DNA from: Minutocellus sp. GHC0000111
Taxonomy: Eukaryota
Direction of reading: 5' to 3'
DNA length: 64,000 nt
Assembly: GCA_977018835.1 (NCBI GenBank)
Contig: OZ361257.1
Span: 3,534,001-3,598,000 of the forward strand
This document shows positions 48,141 to 59,370 of the stretch, piece by piece (positions within the stretch are counted from its first letter, which is position 1; each line of letters starts with the position of its first letter). Under the pieces are notes generated by a model. It saw only the letters and a program-made list of their open reading frames with translations, was not told the origin of the DNA and ran no database searches. Position numbers and translations under genes: made by a program.

Positions 48141-51100
48141 ATGGCCTCCTCGCTTCCGCCACCCACGCCAGGCGGCCTACCGCCCGACGTGGGAAGCCTC
48201 CTGGACAGTATTGGGAGCGGTGTAAGCGGTAGTATCGGTGCCGGTTCTGGTCCGGCGACGGCATTGACCGCTGTGGCAGCTACGACCGGCAGCGGAGGCA
48301 GCACATCTGGTGCTGTTCCTCCCTCGGGCTCCGCTTCTGCTACTGCCGGTGGTGATGAAGACGGCGGTGCCGGAGAACAACAGCAACAAGAATTCGATCC
48401 GATCGAATTCCTCAACAGCAACTACCAGACCGAGGCCTCCCTGGTATCGGCCCTGCCCACCCTCCGCTCGACCATCAATCAGCGCATCGAGCACCTCGAC
48501 GAATCCATCTCGTCGACCATCCAGAAACAGGCCGATCTGGCCGACATTACCGCCACGGACGTCGCCCGGGCTCGCGCGGCGATCCTGCGCCTGCAGGGCC
48601 GGGTGGAGACCGTCCAGAGCAAGGCCCGGCTGTCCGAGCAGGCCGTGCTGGAGATCACCCGCGACCTCAAGCGGTTGGACTTTGCCAAGCGTCACTTGAG
48701 TCGGACCATCACGGCCCTCAAAAGGCTGCACATGCTCCTGCATGCCGTCGATCGGCTCCACGCGGCGGCGTACGGTGGCGATCCCTTCCCGGATTACGGG
48801 ACGTGTGCCAACCTCATCGATGCCACTCGGCTCCTCCTGGGACATTTCGATGGGTACATGGGCTCCATCCAAAAGATGCGCGACGTGAGGGATGCCGTCG
48901 GCACGGTGCGGTTGGATCTGAGGGAGGGGGCCGTGTTCGGCTTCCGTGTGGTTGGCTTTGGCTTCAGCAAGGCATTGGCCAAGTGCGGCGGGGAGGTGCC
49001 GCGATGCGGTGGTGGTAAGCCCAGAAAGGACATGTCGGCGGACGGGGGTGACGGTGGGGGTGCCTCCAAGGAACAGGAGGAAGAAGAGGAGGAGGAGGAG
49101 GAGGAGTACGATCGGTATGCCAACACTGGATACGTTCAGAGTGCAGATGATGCCTACAGCGCGGGACTTTCGGCTGCTGAATCAAGCAAGAAACTGGGTC
49201 CGGCGGAGGTGCCTCCTCCGCCCATGCCCAAGGAGCTGCTGTCGGAGGCCTGCATGGTGATTGATGCCCTCGGCCTTCCGACTCGGAGGGAGTTTGTGGG
49301 TACCTTCTGCAAGGATCATCTCGAATCTTACTCCGAAACATTTGACCCAAAGAAGAATTCGTCAACTGGCGGAGGTGGTAGTGGTGGAGGCACGGGTAGC
49401 ATGTCAGCTGGAGGGCTGGCATCGGCCAGTGCCGCCAAGAGCTTCAAGATTGCCATGCCCACGACCTCCGGACATGGTGGTGGGGACTCTGGCGCTGGTG
49501 GATCGGATGGGGGTAAGGGGGCCAATCCCAATCCAGCCTCCCTTGATCAAATTGATAGGCGATATGCCTACTATCGCCGCAATTTGCGGGAGCTTGACGA
49601 TAAGTTCCGCGATGTCTTCCCCCAGAACTGGAATGTGTATCATGACATGACCTACCGCTTCCTACAGATCACGTCCGATCATCTCTCGTCATTGCTCACA
49701 CCCCTCCGACCATACCGTGACAGGGACTGCGATGATGTCACCATCCTTCTAAAGGCTCTGCAAAAGACCGTCATGTTTGAGAAGGAGATGACGGCGTGGC
49801 TTCAGCGAGAATGTGGCACGATATTTCTTGACGGTAGTAGGGAGGCCGAGCAGGCTGCCCGAGAGGCCGAGGAGGCGGCCGAAATTGAGATGGACGACGA
49901 GAAGGCGGCGATAGCCGCTGCTGCCGCAGCAGCAGGAACGGGAGGCAGTTCCGCACCCCCAGCAGTATACGGTGAAGATGGTGAAGAGCTTGAATTTGAC
50001 GAATCTGGCAAGGCGGTGGCCGCAAGTAGTGCAGAGGGTATTCGTATCAAGTATGAGCGCAAGATGAGGGAGAAGAGAGAGGGCAGGGAGCGAGGTACCG
50101 GCGGAGCAGCAGAGCTCGGCATCGGAGGAGCAAGGCATAACCGCCCCATTCCTGCCAAGCCACTGATTGGGGTTGCATCGGCAACCTTTGATGGCTTTAT
50201 GGGGCCCTACATCGCTTTGGAGGAGCAGAACATGGACGAGCAATTGGTAGAGTTTAAGTCGCAACGGGAGGTGGACACTCGCGGGGAACTTCCCGTCTTC
50301 ACTTCGTCCACAGCGCTCTTTGTTTACATCAAGAACAGCATCACGAGGTGCACCAACCTTACCAAGGGCCAGACCTTCTTCCAGCTCTTTGCGTCATTCC
50401 AAGATACACTCAAGAAGTATGCCAATGTTCTTGAGGGTATGTTTCCCAAGCCCAACGTCGCTGTCGCCGCTGCCTCGGCAGCCATTAATCTTTCGGCCAA
50501 CATTGGCATCGGATCAGCACTAGCGAATCCATCCGGTGTCGCTGCATCTGCTAACAGCAGCAGTAGTGGCGCTCAGTCCTACCGCATCCCTCCCGGGGAG
50601 GAGGTCACAATCTGCCACGTTATCGATACTTGCGAGTACTGTGCTGACACCATGGAGGCCCTGGAGGATTTGATCCGAGATAAGATTGATGACAAGTACA
50701 AAGATAAGATTGATATGTCGGGTGAGCAAGAGGCTTTCCACGATGTTACTGCCAAGGGCATTCGAGTACTTGTGTCCGGACTTGAAAATCGCGCGGACAA
50801 ACCTTTCAGAGACATGGCAAGCATAAAGTGGGCCGATATGGATGTCGTGGGAGAGGAGTCGCCCTATGTTCGGGCCATGCACGAAGCCATCTGTCCATTT
50901 GTCATCACAGTTCGAGGCCTCTTGCCGACATCTTACTTTCGCAACTTTTGCGATAAGTTTGCGGCAGCCTTCACAACAACCTTTTACAATTCTCTCATCA
51001 GACAAAAGCGCATCAGTGAATCGGGCTCGCAGCAACTTCTTCTGGATGTTACCACTCTCAAGACTCTTCTTTTGAAGTTGCCGGTGCTCGAGGAGAAGGC

Positions 51101-51527
51101 GGGCAAAAAGGCAGGCGCCGCCGGTGGTGGCAAGCCGAAGCAAGGCACCAAGATTGCCCCGGCCATGTATACCAAGATGGTGACCAAACAATTTCAACGC
51201 ATCGAAATTCTGCTCAAACTTGTCGGTACTCCATCCGAGCTTCTCATTGACATGTTTAAGTCTCAATGGGAGGGTGGTTCGGCACTGGACTTCCAAGTAA
51301 TTATCAACCTCAAGGGCATGAAGCGAAATGAGCAGGCCATATACCTGGAGAAGTTGGGCGTAGACCCAGCCATTGCCAAGACGGGTGCTGCTCATGGAGC
51401 GACCTCTAATATCACCGATCACGTTCAGGCTCTCCAGGGCCGAGGATCTGATGTTGCGAACAAAATGACCTCTGATATGGCAAATATGCGGGCCAAGGTG
51501 GAAAGCTTCAGGCTTCAATTTAGATAG
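48141..51527 (+). CDS. VPS53: GARP/EARP complex subunit Vps53
   Basis: FDPIEFLN, KARLSEQAVLEITRDLKRLDFAKRHL..TITALKRLHML, LDQIDRRYAY, ALQKTVMFEKE, SSTALF, EYCADT..LE, VGEESPYV, ISESGSQQLLLD. Confidence 0.95.
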   Translation: MASSLPPPTPGGLPPDVGSLLDSIGSGVSGSIGAGSGPATALTAVAATTGSGGSTSGAVPPSGSASATAGGDEDGGAGEQQQQEFDPIEFLNSNYQTEASLVSALPTLRSTINQRIEHLDESISSTIQKQADLADITATDVARARAAILRLQGRVETVQSKARLSEQAVLEITRDLKRLDFAKRHLSRTITALKRLHMLLHAVDRLHAAAYGGDPFPDYGTCANLIDATRLLLGHFDGYMGSIQKMRDVRDAVGTVRLDLREGAVFGFRVVGFGFSKALAKCGGEVPRCGGGKPRKDMSADGGDGGGASKEQEEEEEEEEEEYDRYANTGYVQSADDAYSAGLSAAESSKKLGPAEVPPPPMPKELLSEACMVIDALGLPTRREFVGTFCKDHLESYSETFDPKKNSSTGGGGSGGGTGSMSAGGLASASAAKSFKIAMPTTSGHGGGDSGAGGSDGGKGANPNPASLDQIDRRYAYYRRNLRELDDKFRDVFPQNWNVYHDMTYRFLQITSDHLSSLLTPLRPYRDRDCDDVTILLKALQKTVMFEKEMTAWLQRECGTIFLDGSREAEQAAREAEEAAEIEMDDEKAAIAAAAAAAGTGGSSAPPAVYGEDGEELEFDESGKAVAASSAEGIRIKYERKMREKREGRERGTGGAAELGIGGARHNRPIPAKPLIGVASATFDGFMGPYIALEEQNMDEQLVEFKSQREVDTRGELPVFTSSTALFVYIKNSITRCTNLTKGQTFFQLFASFQDTLKKYANVLEGMFPKPNVAVAAASAAINLSANIGIGSALANPSGVAASANSSSSGAQSYRIPPGEEVTICHVIDTCEYCADTMEALEDLIRDKIDDKYKDKIDMSGEQEAFHDVTAKGIRVLVSGLENRADKPFRDMASIKWADMDVVGEESPYVRAMHEAICPFVITVRGLLPTSYFRNFCDKFAAAFTTTFYNSLIRQKRISESGSQQLLLDVTTLKTLLLKLPVLEEKAGKKAGAAGGGKPKQGTKIAPAMYTKMVTKQFQRIEILLKLVGTPSELLIDMFKSQWEGGSALDFQVIINLKGMKRNEQAIYLEKLGVDPAIAKTGAAHGATSNITDHVQALQGRGSDVANKMTSDMANMRAKVESFRLQFR

Positions 51528-51572
51528 CTACAGTATTATTGATAGAAGCTTAATTTTTATGCGAGCCAAGCT

Positions 51573-53558
51573 CTACAACTGTAGCAAAACGACTGCCCCT
51601 TGGACATCTTCCTTCCCCTGTTTTCGAAGTACTTCTTCCCTCCATTCTATAAGCTTTAGCCCCGCCTTTTTGGCGACATATTCCACGTACGCCTGGGAGT
51701 GGCCAAAACGACCACTCGGAAGTAGCATTAAGCCATCAACTCCGTCTCGATGTGTGTTTCTCCCTTTTTTGGTTGTTGTTGGTGTTTCCACGGTAAACCC
51801 AAGTAGTCCATCTTTCTGTAACACCCTGCCTGCCTCCCTAAATACTCCATCCAAAGCTCCAATGTAGATGAATACATCCGATGCAGTGATGATATCGACG
51901 CTGCCGGAGTCCGTGCTTTGTAAAAAGGCTGTCGCATCACTAACTTCGACGCTATCATAGACCGGAATCTTGTTCTGCGCTCCATCCGTTACAATCCTTG
52001 CCTGTGCAACATCCACCATTCTCGTAGAAAGATCCACCCCTCGAATAACGACACTTGCTTCACCATTGAGTGTTGTTGAAGCGCATGTTGCATCGCCTCC
52101 AACGGCTATTCTTTCTCTCAGCAATTGTCCGAGCAGCCCCGTTCCAACACCAAGATCCAGGATACCAATGTCTCCGTCGACTTGATTCGTTTGCCAGTGC
52201 CGATCAATTGCATCTGCCACTATCGTGTGCCCCCGGTATCCCAAATCCTCAACTAGTTCCTTTTCAAACCGATCCGAATAGCCGTCGAAGAGGCCGGCAA
52301 CATATTCATCAGATAATTCTGTTACCGATGCAGCATGTTCATCGCCAAGGGATGCAAGCTGGACCAAAGCATGTCCATCGTCAGGATTGACCTCAAGAGC
52401 TGCGCGGAAATATCTTGCGGCATCCTTCTTCTCTCCTCTGGACTTGTGTCGGATTCCGGCATTGATCAGAAGGTCGGCCTCAGCATCTTCACGGACATAC
52501 TCCGAAAGATCAAGATGGGATAAAATGCTCAGTCCATGTGCAATGTGCATGTCTTCATCGTCTATGAGCCCGGCTTCTCGGGCGGCGGCAGCCGCAAGAA
52601 TGACATGCCTTACGAGACGAGTCCAAAGGCTTACAAGCTGCCCCATCTCCTCCTGCGCAGGTTGTTTGAGCTGATTGGATCCAGGAAGTTTCTTGCCGTA
52701 CTTGAATCTCAAGGTTCCACAAGGGTACCTGGCCATTCCCAATGCTTCTTCACTCAATGCGGCAACAATGGCTGCCTCGTGAGACTTCTTCGCGGCACTT
52801 TCGTAAGCACTGTAAACGTCCTTGGCTGCAGTTGATTGTTTTGGCTGTGTTTCGGAAGCATCACCTGCAGCCTCTCCTAATATCGTTGATTTGACAAACG
52901 TCCCACCAACTCCTCGTGTTCTATGGAGCTTTCGCAACACAACGCCACGATATTCGTCTACAACTGGCTCGTCTGGCGACAGCGCAGTGCATTTATCACA
53001 TAATTTCAATGCCCTCTCCAGCAGCATTTGTTCTGAAGTTGAGCTATCGTCATTTTGAGCTACCTTGTCCAAAAGCAGCACGATCAGCTTCTCAAATGCA
53101 GCCGCATGTGCCGTTTTCAGTGATTGTATATCTTCTACCTGCTCGTCAATATCATCATTTGTAATGTCAAATGCCGATGTTAGCATGAATTCAGCTTCAT
53201 CATCGTCTCCCACCTCAATCAAAAGACTTGCCGCCTTTGTGAGCGAATCAACTCGAACCGATGGCCCCATCCCATGAGTCTCGTTGTAGGCCGATGCGGC
53301 ATACAGCGATGCAATTTCCCTTGCCTCTGATCTTGATGGCAGGGAAGGCAACCTTGATTCCAGCAGAAGCGCGAGCCTGTATTGAGTTTTGGGGAATGCA
53401 TACGGAAAGTCCTCTGGTTTATCTTCAAGGCGCCGTCGAGCCTTGACGATTGCCTGAGCAACCGGGTCTACCTGGTCTTGTGCCGTGACGCAAACGGTAG
53501 CGATGGCCAGAAGTAGAAATGTAGCGAACGCTGCCTTCCTATCGCACCTATTCGTCAT
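51573..53558 (-). CDS. Signal-peptide TPR plus SAM-dependent methyltransferase (COG4976-like)
   Basis: N-terminal signal sequence, TPR (AARYFRAALEVNPDD), YVAGLFDGYSDRFE..L...LGY, LDLGVGTGL, GVDLS..M, DVFIYIGAL, SGRFGHS..YV. Confidence 0.85.
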   Translation of the reverse strand: MTNRCDRKAAFATFLLLAIATVCVTAQDQVDPVAQAIVKARRRLEDKPEDFPYAFPKTQYRLALLLESRLPSLPSRSEAREIASLYAASAYNETHGMGPSVRVDSLTKAASLLIEVGDDDEAEFMLTSAFDITNDDIDEQVEDIQSLKTAHAAAFEKLIVLLLDKVAQNDDSSTSEQMLLERALKLCDKCTALSPDEPVVDEYRGVVLRKLHRTRGVGGTFVKSTILGEAAGDASETQPKQSTAAKDVYSAYESAAKKSHEAAIVAALSEEALGMARYPCGTLRFKYGKKLPGSNQLKQPAQEEMGQLVSLWTRLVRHVILAAAAAREAGLIDDEDMHIAHGLSILSHLDLSEYVREDAEADLLINAGIRHKSRGEKKDAARYFRAALEVNPDDGHALVQLASLGDEHAASVTELSDEYVAGLFDGYSDRFEKELVEDLGYRGHTIVADAIDRHWQTNQVDGDIGILDLGVGTGLLGQLLRERIAVGGDATCASTTLNGEASVVIRGVDLSTRMVDVAQARIVTDGAQNKIPVYDSVEVSDATAFLQSTDSGSVDIITASDVFIYIGALDGVFREAGRVLQKDGLLGFTVETPTTTKKGRNTHRDGVDGLMLLPSGRFGHSQAYVEYVAKKAGLKLIEWREEVLRKQGKEDVQGAVVLLQL

Positions 53559-53695
53559 GCTTGTTCGTCAGTGCTGCGAAAAATGAATAATGAGGCTGGA
53601 TGCAGGTCTCTCGTCGAGAAAACTCGGGGCTTTTGCCAGCCACTCAAATCTCAAATCAGCAGATCTGCTCGCTCTGCCTCAAACAACAGCCAACC

Positions 53696-54721
53696 ATGGC
53701 GGACTTTGCCTTCTCAGCGGTCTCGGCCTTCTTTGGTGAAGATCCGGATGCCTCGCCTGATAAGAAGAAGGATGAAAAGCCCAAGCATTCGTCCGTCGTC
53801 AAAACTGGTGGAAGGAAACAAGCGCGTCTTGGACTTGGCGCCACCACAGAAGATTCCAGACCGAACCACCAGCAATCTCAGATTGGCAAGGCATCTGGAG
53901 CCAAGGATATTGGAAGGAAGATTCTCAGCGTCGGCAAATCCAAGAGAGGTCGTGCTTATGATGATGACGACGACGATGCCACTGGCGATCATGACGACAG
54001 GAACGACGACGATGAAGCCGATGAGGAGGAAGGACGCACTTCCGCTGTCAAGAGTAGGGCACCAAAGAGGACGTTCGATGCTGCAGCTGCAGTGATGTCG
54101 GAGCAGCCGGCCAAAAAGAAGAAAAAGAAGAAAAAGAAGAAGGAGGGAGAGAACGAGCGGGCTGCTGCTGCGGCTGCAGCTGATGCCGAGACTGGAGCCG
54201 AGGGTCAGGATAAGGAGACCGGCAATGAAGGCGCCGAGGAAGATAATGGCAATGAACAGGATGTCGATAACGACGATGCCGCCAATACACAGTCCAAGAC
54301 CAAGCGCAAGCGCAAGAAGGTCCGTAGTCGCCAAAAGAATATTCGAAAAGACAATCGCCCAGCGAGAGATAAGCCAAGCCACCTCGTGCTTGGTACGGGC
54401 AACTATGGCGGTAGGGCACTCACCCCCGAAACACGGAAGGCGATGAATTTGCCAGAGAGCAGAACAAAGCAGCGAGCCAAGAGACTTCTCAAGGAGGGAG
54501 GTGGTCATGGGGGCGACGGCAATGCCGATATCCACGAAGATCACCACAGTGGCAGTGACATCGATAGTGGTAATGTTGGACTAGGACTGGCTGTGGATGA
54601 TATGCTTGATGATTTGGGTGTAGCCGCCGGTACTGATGGTGGCCAGCTGGGCCAAGGATCCAACAAGGAATTGAAGCCAAAGAAGAAAAAGAAGAAGTCC
54701 AAATTTAAGAACTTGAGGTAA
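53696..54721 (+). CDS. Lys/Asp-rich low-complexity protein, probably nuclear or nucleolar
   Basis: ATG at 53696; RLGLGA motif, poly-K runs, RKRKKVRSRQKNIRKDNR. Confidence 0.75.
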   Translation: MADFAFSAVSAFFGEDPDASPDKKKDEKPKHSSVVKTGGRKQARLGLGATTEDSRPNHQQSQIGKASGAKDIGRKILSVGKSKRGRAYDDDDDDATGDHDDRNDDDEADEEEGRTSAVKSRAPKRTFDAAAAVMSEQPAKKKKKKKKKKEGENERAAAAAAADAETGAEGQDKETGNEGAEEDNGNEQDVDNDDAANTQSKTKRKRKKVRSRQKNIRKDNRPARDKPSHLVLGTGNYGGRALTPETRKAMNLPESRTKQRAKRLLKEGGGHGGDGNADIHEDHHSGSDIDSGNVGLGLAVDDMLDDLGVAAGTDGGQLGQGSNKELKPKKKKKKSKFKNLR

Positions 54722-54790
54722 ATCGAGCTATGCCTACTACTATGGATTAAATTGAGGTTTTCTGAAATTTCTTAAGTTGGTTGCTTTCGC

Positions 54791-56058
54791 TTATTTATGA
54801 GGGTTGGGATAATTTGTTGCATTCAAAGCTTCTGTTCCAACGCCACCGGAATATTTCTCAACAAATTCTGCAAGATGTGCTTTGGTCACGTTCTTGCAAC
54901 CACCCTCTCCGATGACAATGCCATCAAACAGATCCTTTTGGTGCATATCCACCTTCTTTTCAAGCCACGACTTGTCGTAGAAAGATTTCAAGTCATTTGT
55001 CGTGGAGTTGATACCCTCACACTCGCGATATTGAATTAAATGCTTGGACGCAGTGGCTCTGAGCTCTGGGATGGTCGATCGGTACTGAAAGACAAATCTA
55101 GCTGTTGAATAAGCCTCCGTGCAATCGGCTCGAGTGACAATAGGCATTTGCTCTATACATCCACACATGGGAGACGAGGGTAGATTCTTCTCAAGGCCCT
55201 CATCCTTCATTAGCATCATCGACGACTGAAACAATAGATTGCCCTTCGCAAAGTGATTCCAGTAGTTTCGCCATTCTCCCAGGCAATGCCGCTGCAGTAA
55301 ACACCGGTATTGTTTGGAAATATCGTGAGGCCATCGCTGAAGCCGTGAGAGGAGGAAGACTTGCTCAGATCAACTAGGCATACATCTGCATTGCCACTGT
55401 TAATGTCACTCTTCGAGACATTCTTTGAGTGGACAGCACTGGCAACTTCGCAGTCGAACTCCCCATCGATAGGGTCACAGTCTACAGTTCCGTAGGCTGA
55501 GATTTCTTCATTCGGGTTCGCTGGCCAGCAGCACATGGCAGCATTGGCTTGGCATCCCGATAAAGAAGGCACTTCTTCTGGCCATTTTAGCACTCTACGT
55601 TTCGATTGTCGATCATACATGTCGATTCTCCTTGCACCGCTACCCCTGAACGACCCTTTCTCGAGCTGCTGAAGTCCACCGGCGTTCCACGATGTACCTC
55701 CGCCAAAGAATTCGGAATCATACTCTCTGCCCTTGTTGGAAATGCTGCCAAATTCCAGTTTCTTTGGGTGTCGCTTGTCAAGAGCATTTTTGCATATTTC
55801 TTCCATCTTCTTTCGAGCTTCCTCATGAGACTCGGCGCCTAGGAGAAGCTGGATGTCTTCATCTAGAGATAGGCCAAAGCGTTTGCAGCGCTTATCAAAG
55901 CGAGGTTTCAGAGCTTCCTTGAGACTTTCCATGGAGCACTCACTAGTTGTTGCCGTGACCTTCCAGCTGATGCCTCCAAGACAGGCATCAGAATCAACAA
56001 CAGCTAATACTCCTATCGAGAGGCACGAGAAAAGGAAGACTACAGATTTGGATACCAT
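54791..56058 (-). CDS. Secreted Cys-rich diatom-type protein, frameshifted at ~55257
   Basis: Signal peptide, FFGGGTSWN, NAAMCCW, C.GIAW, then in the next frame KGNLLF...PMCGCIEQMPIVTRADCTE. One A is missing in GGA-AAT. Confidence 0.75.
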
Positions 56059-56266
56059 ACAATCAAAGCAATATGTTGAGAAAAGGAGAATTGAGCTCGC
56101 CACAAATGTACGCTCGGAACTTTAGGGCGGTGACAGGCTTCGTGGACATCGGCGTCGCAATCGGCGCACCAAAAAAGGAGTATTATTTGTGACACTTTCC
56201 TCTCTACGGTAAAGATAAGTTTCTGTCGGACTACTGTACGTAATATCATCCTACATCTGCCTACTT

Positions 56267-58900
56267 TTAGTACAACTTCTCCTTCTTCAGCTTCTTCTTC
56301 AGTAGAATCGTCGAGAGCAATGAGCAAGCCCACACAACAAGGCCGGCTCCCAGAGCCCAGTTACCCGAGGATCCACCGGCATCTCGATAGACTCTGACTC
56401 CCACAGAAGGTGACCAGTATGGTTCCGTAAAGACTGGGCTCACTCCTTGATCATTTTCATCAAAAAGGAATCGTCCGGTGAAATTATTCGGTGCCGGTAC
56501 AATGGCTTCATCAAGAGCCAAGTGATAATGCGCCCGAGAACAGACGCAGACGCCATCACCTGAACATAACGCTTCGTCGCCCGTTGCTGAGCAATATGAT
56601 ACAGAAGCGCAGTCCTTGGAGCTCTTGCAGGAACTAAGCTCGGCAACATCGCCGTCGGCATTGACACTGCCCCTTCCCAAGAAGTCATCGAGCATGCCGT
56701 GAATACTCGTTTCGAGTAGACTCGGTCGGAGGAGGAAGGTATCGGTCTTGGCCTTGCCGTACTCTTCATCTCCAGTGTAAGAACCATATCTTTTAGTGCC
56801 AACTTGGACGAATCCCTGCCCATTGCTCGCATCGTAGACACTGGGATAGTAGTTGGGAGGATTTCCCAGAGGTACTCCCAGGCCAAGATCAACGCCGGTA
56901 ACATACTCGCTGTTGATCCTTTCCATCTTGCCATACGACAGAAGGAGATCGCAGTTGCCATCAGTCAGGAGACAATCGGCCAATGCGAGGAATGTTTCGT
57001 CGTCAGCCGAAAGATTGGGAACAAGATTGGCGGCATATTGGGCAGCACTTTCGGCATCCCCTTCACCATTGTCATAGGCGGATGCTACAGCTGCTCGTGC
57101 CAGCACGGTGGCAGCCATGGCGATAGAACCTAGATCCACAGTTCGTGTAGCGTTAGAGTCAAGGTGGGAATGGTAGAAGGATTCATGAACAAAGGTTTCA
57201 TCGTACCCAGCGAGGACAGCGCCACCCACGGCACCCTCCGATAGCTTGATGAGTGACTGAAGCGGAGTGGGTGGGATAGCAGGCTGACCGTTGTCGTCAT
57301 TCTCGGCAGCCAAAGAAGCAATAGTCCAATCGTTGGAACCGAGCTGGAGGAGTACGTTCGCAAGGAAGCCATTGTCATTGCCTCCGGCATTCTCGCCGTG
57401 CACATAGAAAGTTTGATCGGTACCGAGTACGCCAATCTGATCAACTGCGATCATTCCTGAGATTTCACCGAGCTTCGTAAAGTCCAGGTCGGTCCGAAGA
57501 GGATTCAGACAGCCCATTTTCACTTCTTCGCTATTGTCGTCACTGCCTGTGTTCTTGGCCACGGCTGGTACAGTCCGATCTTCATCGCACTGAAAACCAG
57601 GATAGGCTACATCTCTCAAGAACGATCGCGAACCAACGTAACCATAGGACTCGGCCTGAAAGAAACCAAACATGATCCGCTTGGACAGTCCATCGAGCGT
57701 CGTGTCGGGCACCGACGACCCGACTAGTTTGGCCGCCATCAGCAGAGCCAAAATATTGGTAGCGGCCGAGTTGGCACCAGGTAAGGCATCGTGGAACATG
57801 GAAGTGGAATCGATGGACGTGGCCATCATGACGATGGGACGCTGGTTGCCGTTGCCATTGTTGGCCTGCTGCTGCTGTTGATCCTCCAATCTGCGCCGCC
57901 CAGAAGCACTCTCGGGGGAGCCCGCAACGGCCCAAACACTATTTCCTGCCAGTGGTAGACATTTGGGAGCCCAGCTCTCATCGACGTCCCTCCACGCCAA
58001 ACATGTCGGCGAATCGGCATTCTCCGGGCCCATGTAGTAGTTAAACTCTGCCATAATCGCAGGATACAGATCGTCATCTCTGACACTGCCGTCGCCGTCC
58101 AGGATCCGCTGCAGGGCTGCACTCTGTTCCATCGACACGGAATACAGGTCGGCGGCAACGTCGGGCTTGGAAACGTACACGACGGGCAGGCCATGGTAGT
58201 CCACCATGGTATTGCCGTCTCCATTGGGATTCCATTCGTAGCTGCTCTGCGCAACGTTGGCCGAGGGTGTGTCGTCACCCTGCGGACTTGCTGCTTCCGG
58301 CGAATAGTAGAGGTTACTGTTTGCGTCCGCCGTTGCATTGATTACGAGCAATCCACGGAGGACACCGGCGCCATCTTCGTTTGCGTCGGCATTCTCTCCC
58401 TCTCCACCTCCGGTGCACTGTTGAGCACTGTCCCCACAGGACATGGCATCGGCGGCATTGGCAAAGCTGCGCAGTGTTGCGACGTTGGCCGCCGTGAACT
58501 CCGTCTCGTCCATCACGGCAACGTAGGGCGGTAGCTTCCCGGCGTTGCTGTTGATGTTTGCTTCATTCGCATCATTGTCATCGCCATCCTCCGCCACCGT
58601 GGACCAGTGCACGATCCGACCGGTCATGGTGCTCCGACTCAACGTACCGCAGCCCACACGTCCGTTCCGATGGAAGAGCGAAACGCACCCATCGTGCGGC
58701 AGATGTTCGAAGGAGGTCTGGAATGGCTCCTCGAGGGAGGGAGTCGACACCGCCAGAACACTGCTGCTGCTGGTGATGAGGATGGCACAGAGCAGCAGCA
58801 GGGCGGTGGTGCCGATGGAACGAGGCCGCTTGGCTGCGGCCGCCGAAAATAATTCAACACATCTTGTGCCGCCCTTCATTGTGACTGCCTTTGCGGACAT
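56267..58900 (-). CDS. NCSTN: Nicastrin (gamma-secretase subunit)
   Basis: Signal peptide, CVSLF...VGC, CLPLAGNSVWA, IDSTSMF...PGA, FQAESYGYVGSRSF, IPPTPLQS, FTEPYW, C-terminal transmembrane helix with basic tail. Confidence 0.9.
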   Translation of the reverse strand: MSAKAVTMKGGTRCVELFSAAAAKRPRSIGTTALLLLCAILITSSSSVLAVSTPSLEEPFQTSFEHLPHDGCVSLFHRNGRVGCGTLSRSTMTGRIVHWSTVAEDGDDNDANEANINSNAGKLPPYVAVMDETEFTAANVATLRSFANAADAMSCGDSAQQCTGGGEGENADANEDGAGVLRGLLVINATADANSNLYYSPEAASPQGDDTPSANVAQSSYEWNPNGDGNTMVDYHGLPVVYVSKPDVAADLYSVSMEQSAALQRILDGDGSVRDDDLYPAIMAEFNYYMGPENADSPTCLAWRDVDESWAPKCLPLAGNSVWAVAGSPESASGRRRLEDQQQQQANNGNGNQRPIVMMATSIDSTSMFHDALPGANSAATNILALLMAAKLVGSSVPDTTLDGLSKRIMFGFFQAESYGYVGSRSFLRDVAYPGFQCDEDRTVPAVAKNTGSDDNSEEVKMGCLNPLRTDLDFTKLGEISGMIAVDQIGVLGTDQTFYVHGENAGGNDNGFLANVLLQLGSNDWTIASLAAENDDNGQPAIPPTPLQSLIKLSEGAVGGAVLAGYDETFVHESFYHSHLDSNATRTVDLGSIAMAATVLARAAVASAYDNGEGDAESAAQYAANLVPNLSADDETFLALADCLLTDGNCDLLLSYGKMERINSEYVTGVDLGLGVPLGNPPNYYPSVYDASNGQGFVQVGTKRYGSYTGDEEYGKAKTDTFLLRPSLLETSIHGMLDDFLGRGSVNADGDVAELSSCKSSKDCASVSYCSATGDEALCSGDGVCVCSRAHYHLALDEAIVPAPNNFTGRFLFDENDQGVSPVFTEPYWSPSVGVRVYRDAGGSSGNWALGAGLVVWACSLLSTILLKKKLKKEKLY

Positions 58901-59370
58901 AAAACAGAGATCTCTGGCTGGACGAGCGGTGATAAAGAGCTTCGTAATCAAAAGAGTGGGGTGCAAGTTACAATGGGATGAATAGTGCCGTTGCTGGCTG
59001 GCATGTGTTTGGCACGATACCAACATGGGCATGGGAGAGAGCGTTGGGGTGACTGGCCGTTGTGTTGGCTGCCGCGAGTGAGTCGAGTGAGTCGCAAGCA
59101 GCAAGACAAAAACTGCCAGCTGAAACATGAAACGGCCCAGATACCAGAACGCAAAGTTCTCGCTGAAAGCAACGTGCGTGTTGCGTTGAACCATTGTATG
59201 TACCAATTGGTAAGTGAAAGCTTATGGCACGCAGCAGCTGAGCTTGATCTGGCTCCCATTCCCCACACAATTCAATCAGATAACTGTTCGATATTTGTGC
59301 CGGGGATAGGGCTTTCGTTCAACATCGCCATTCAATTGGATTATTACGGCCATTGAAAGAGCCTCTCAGA

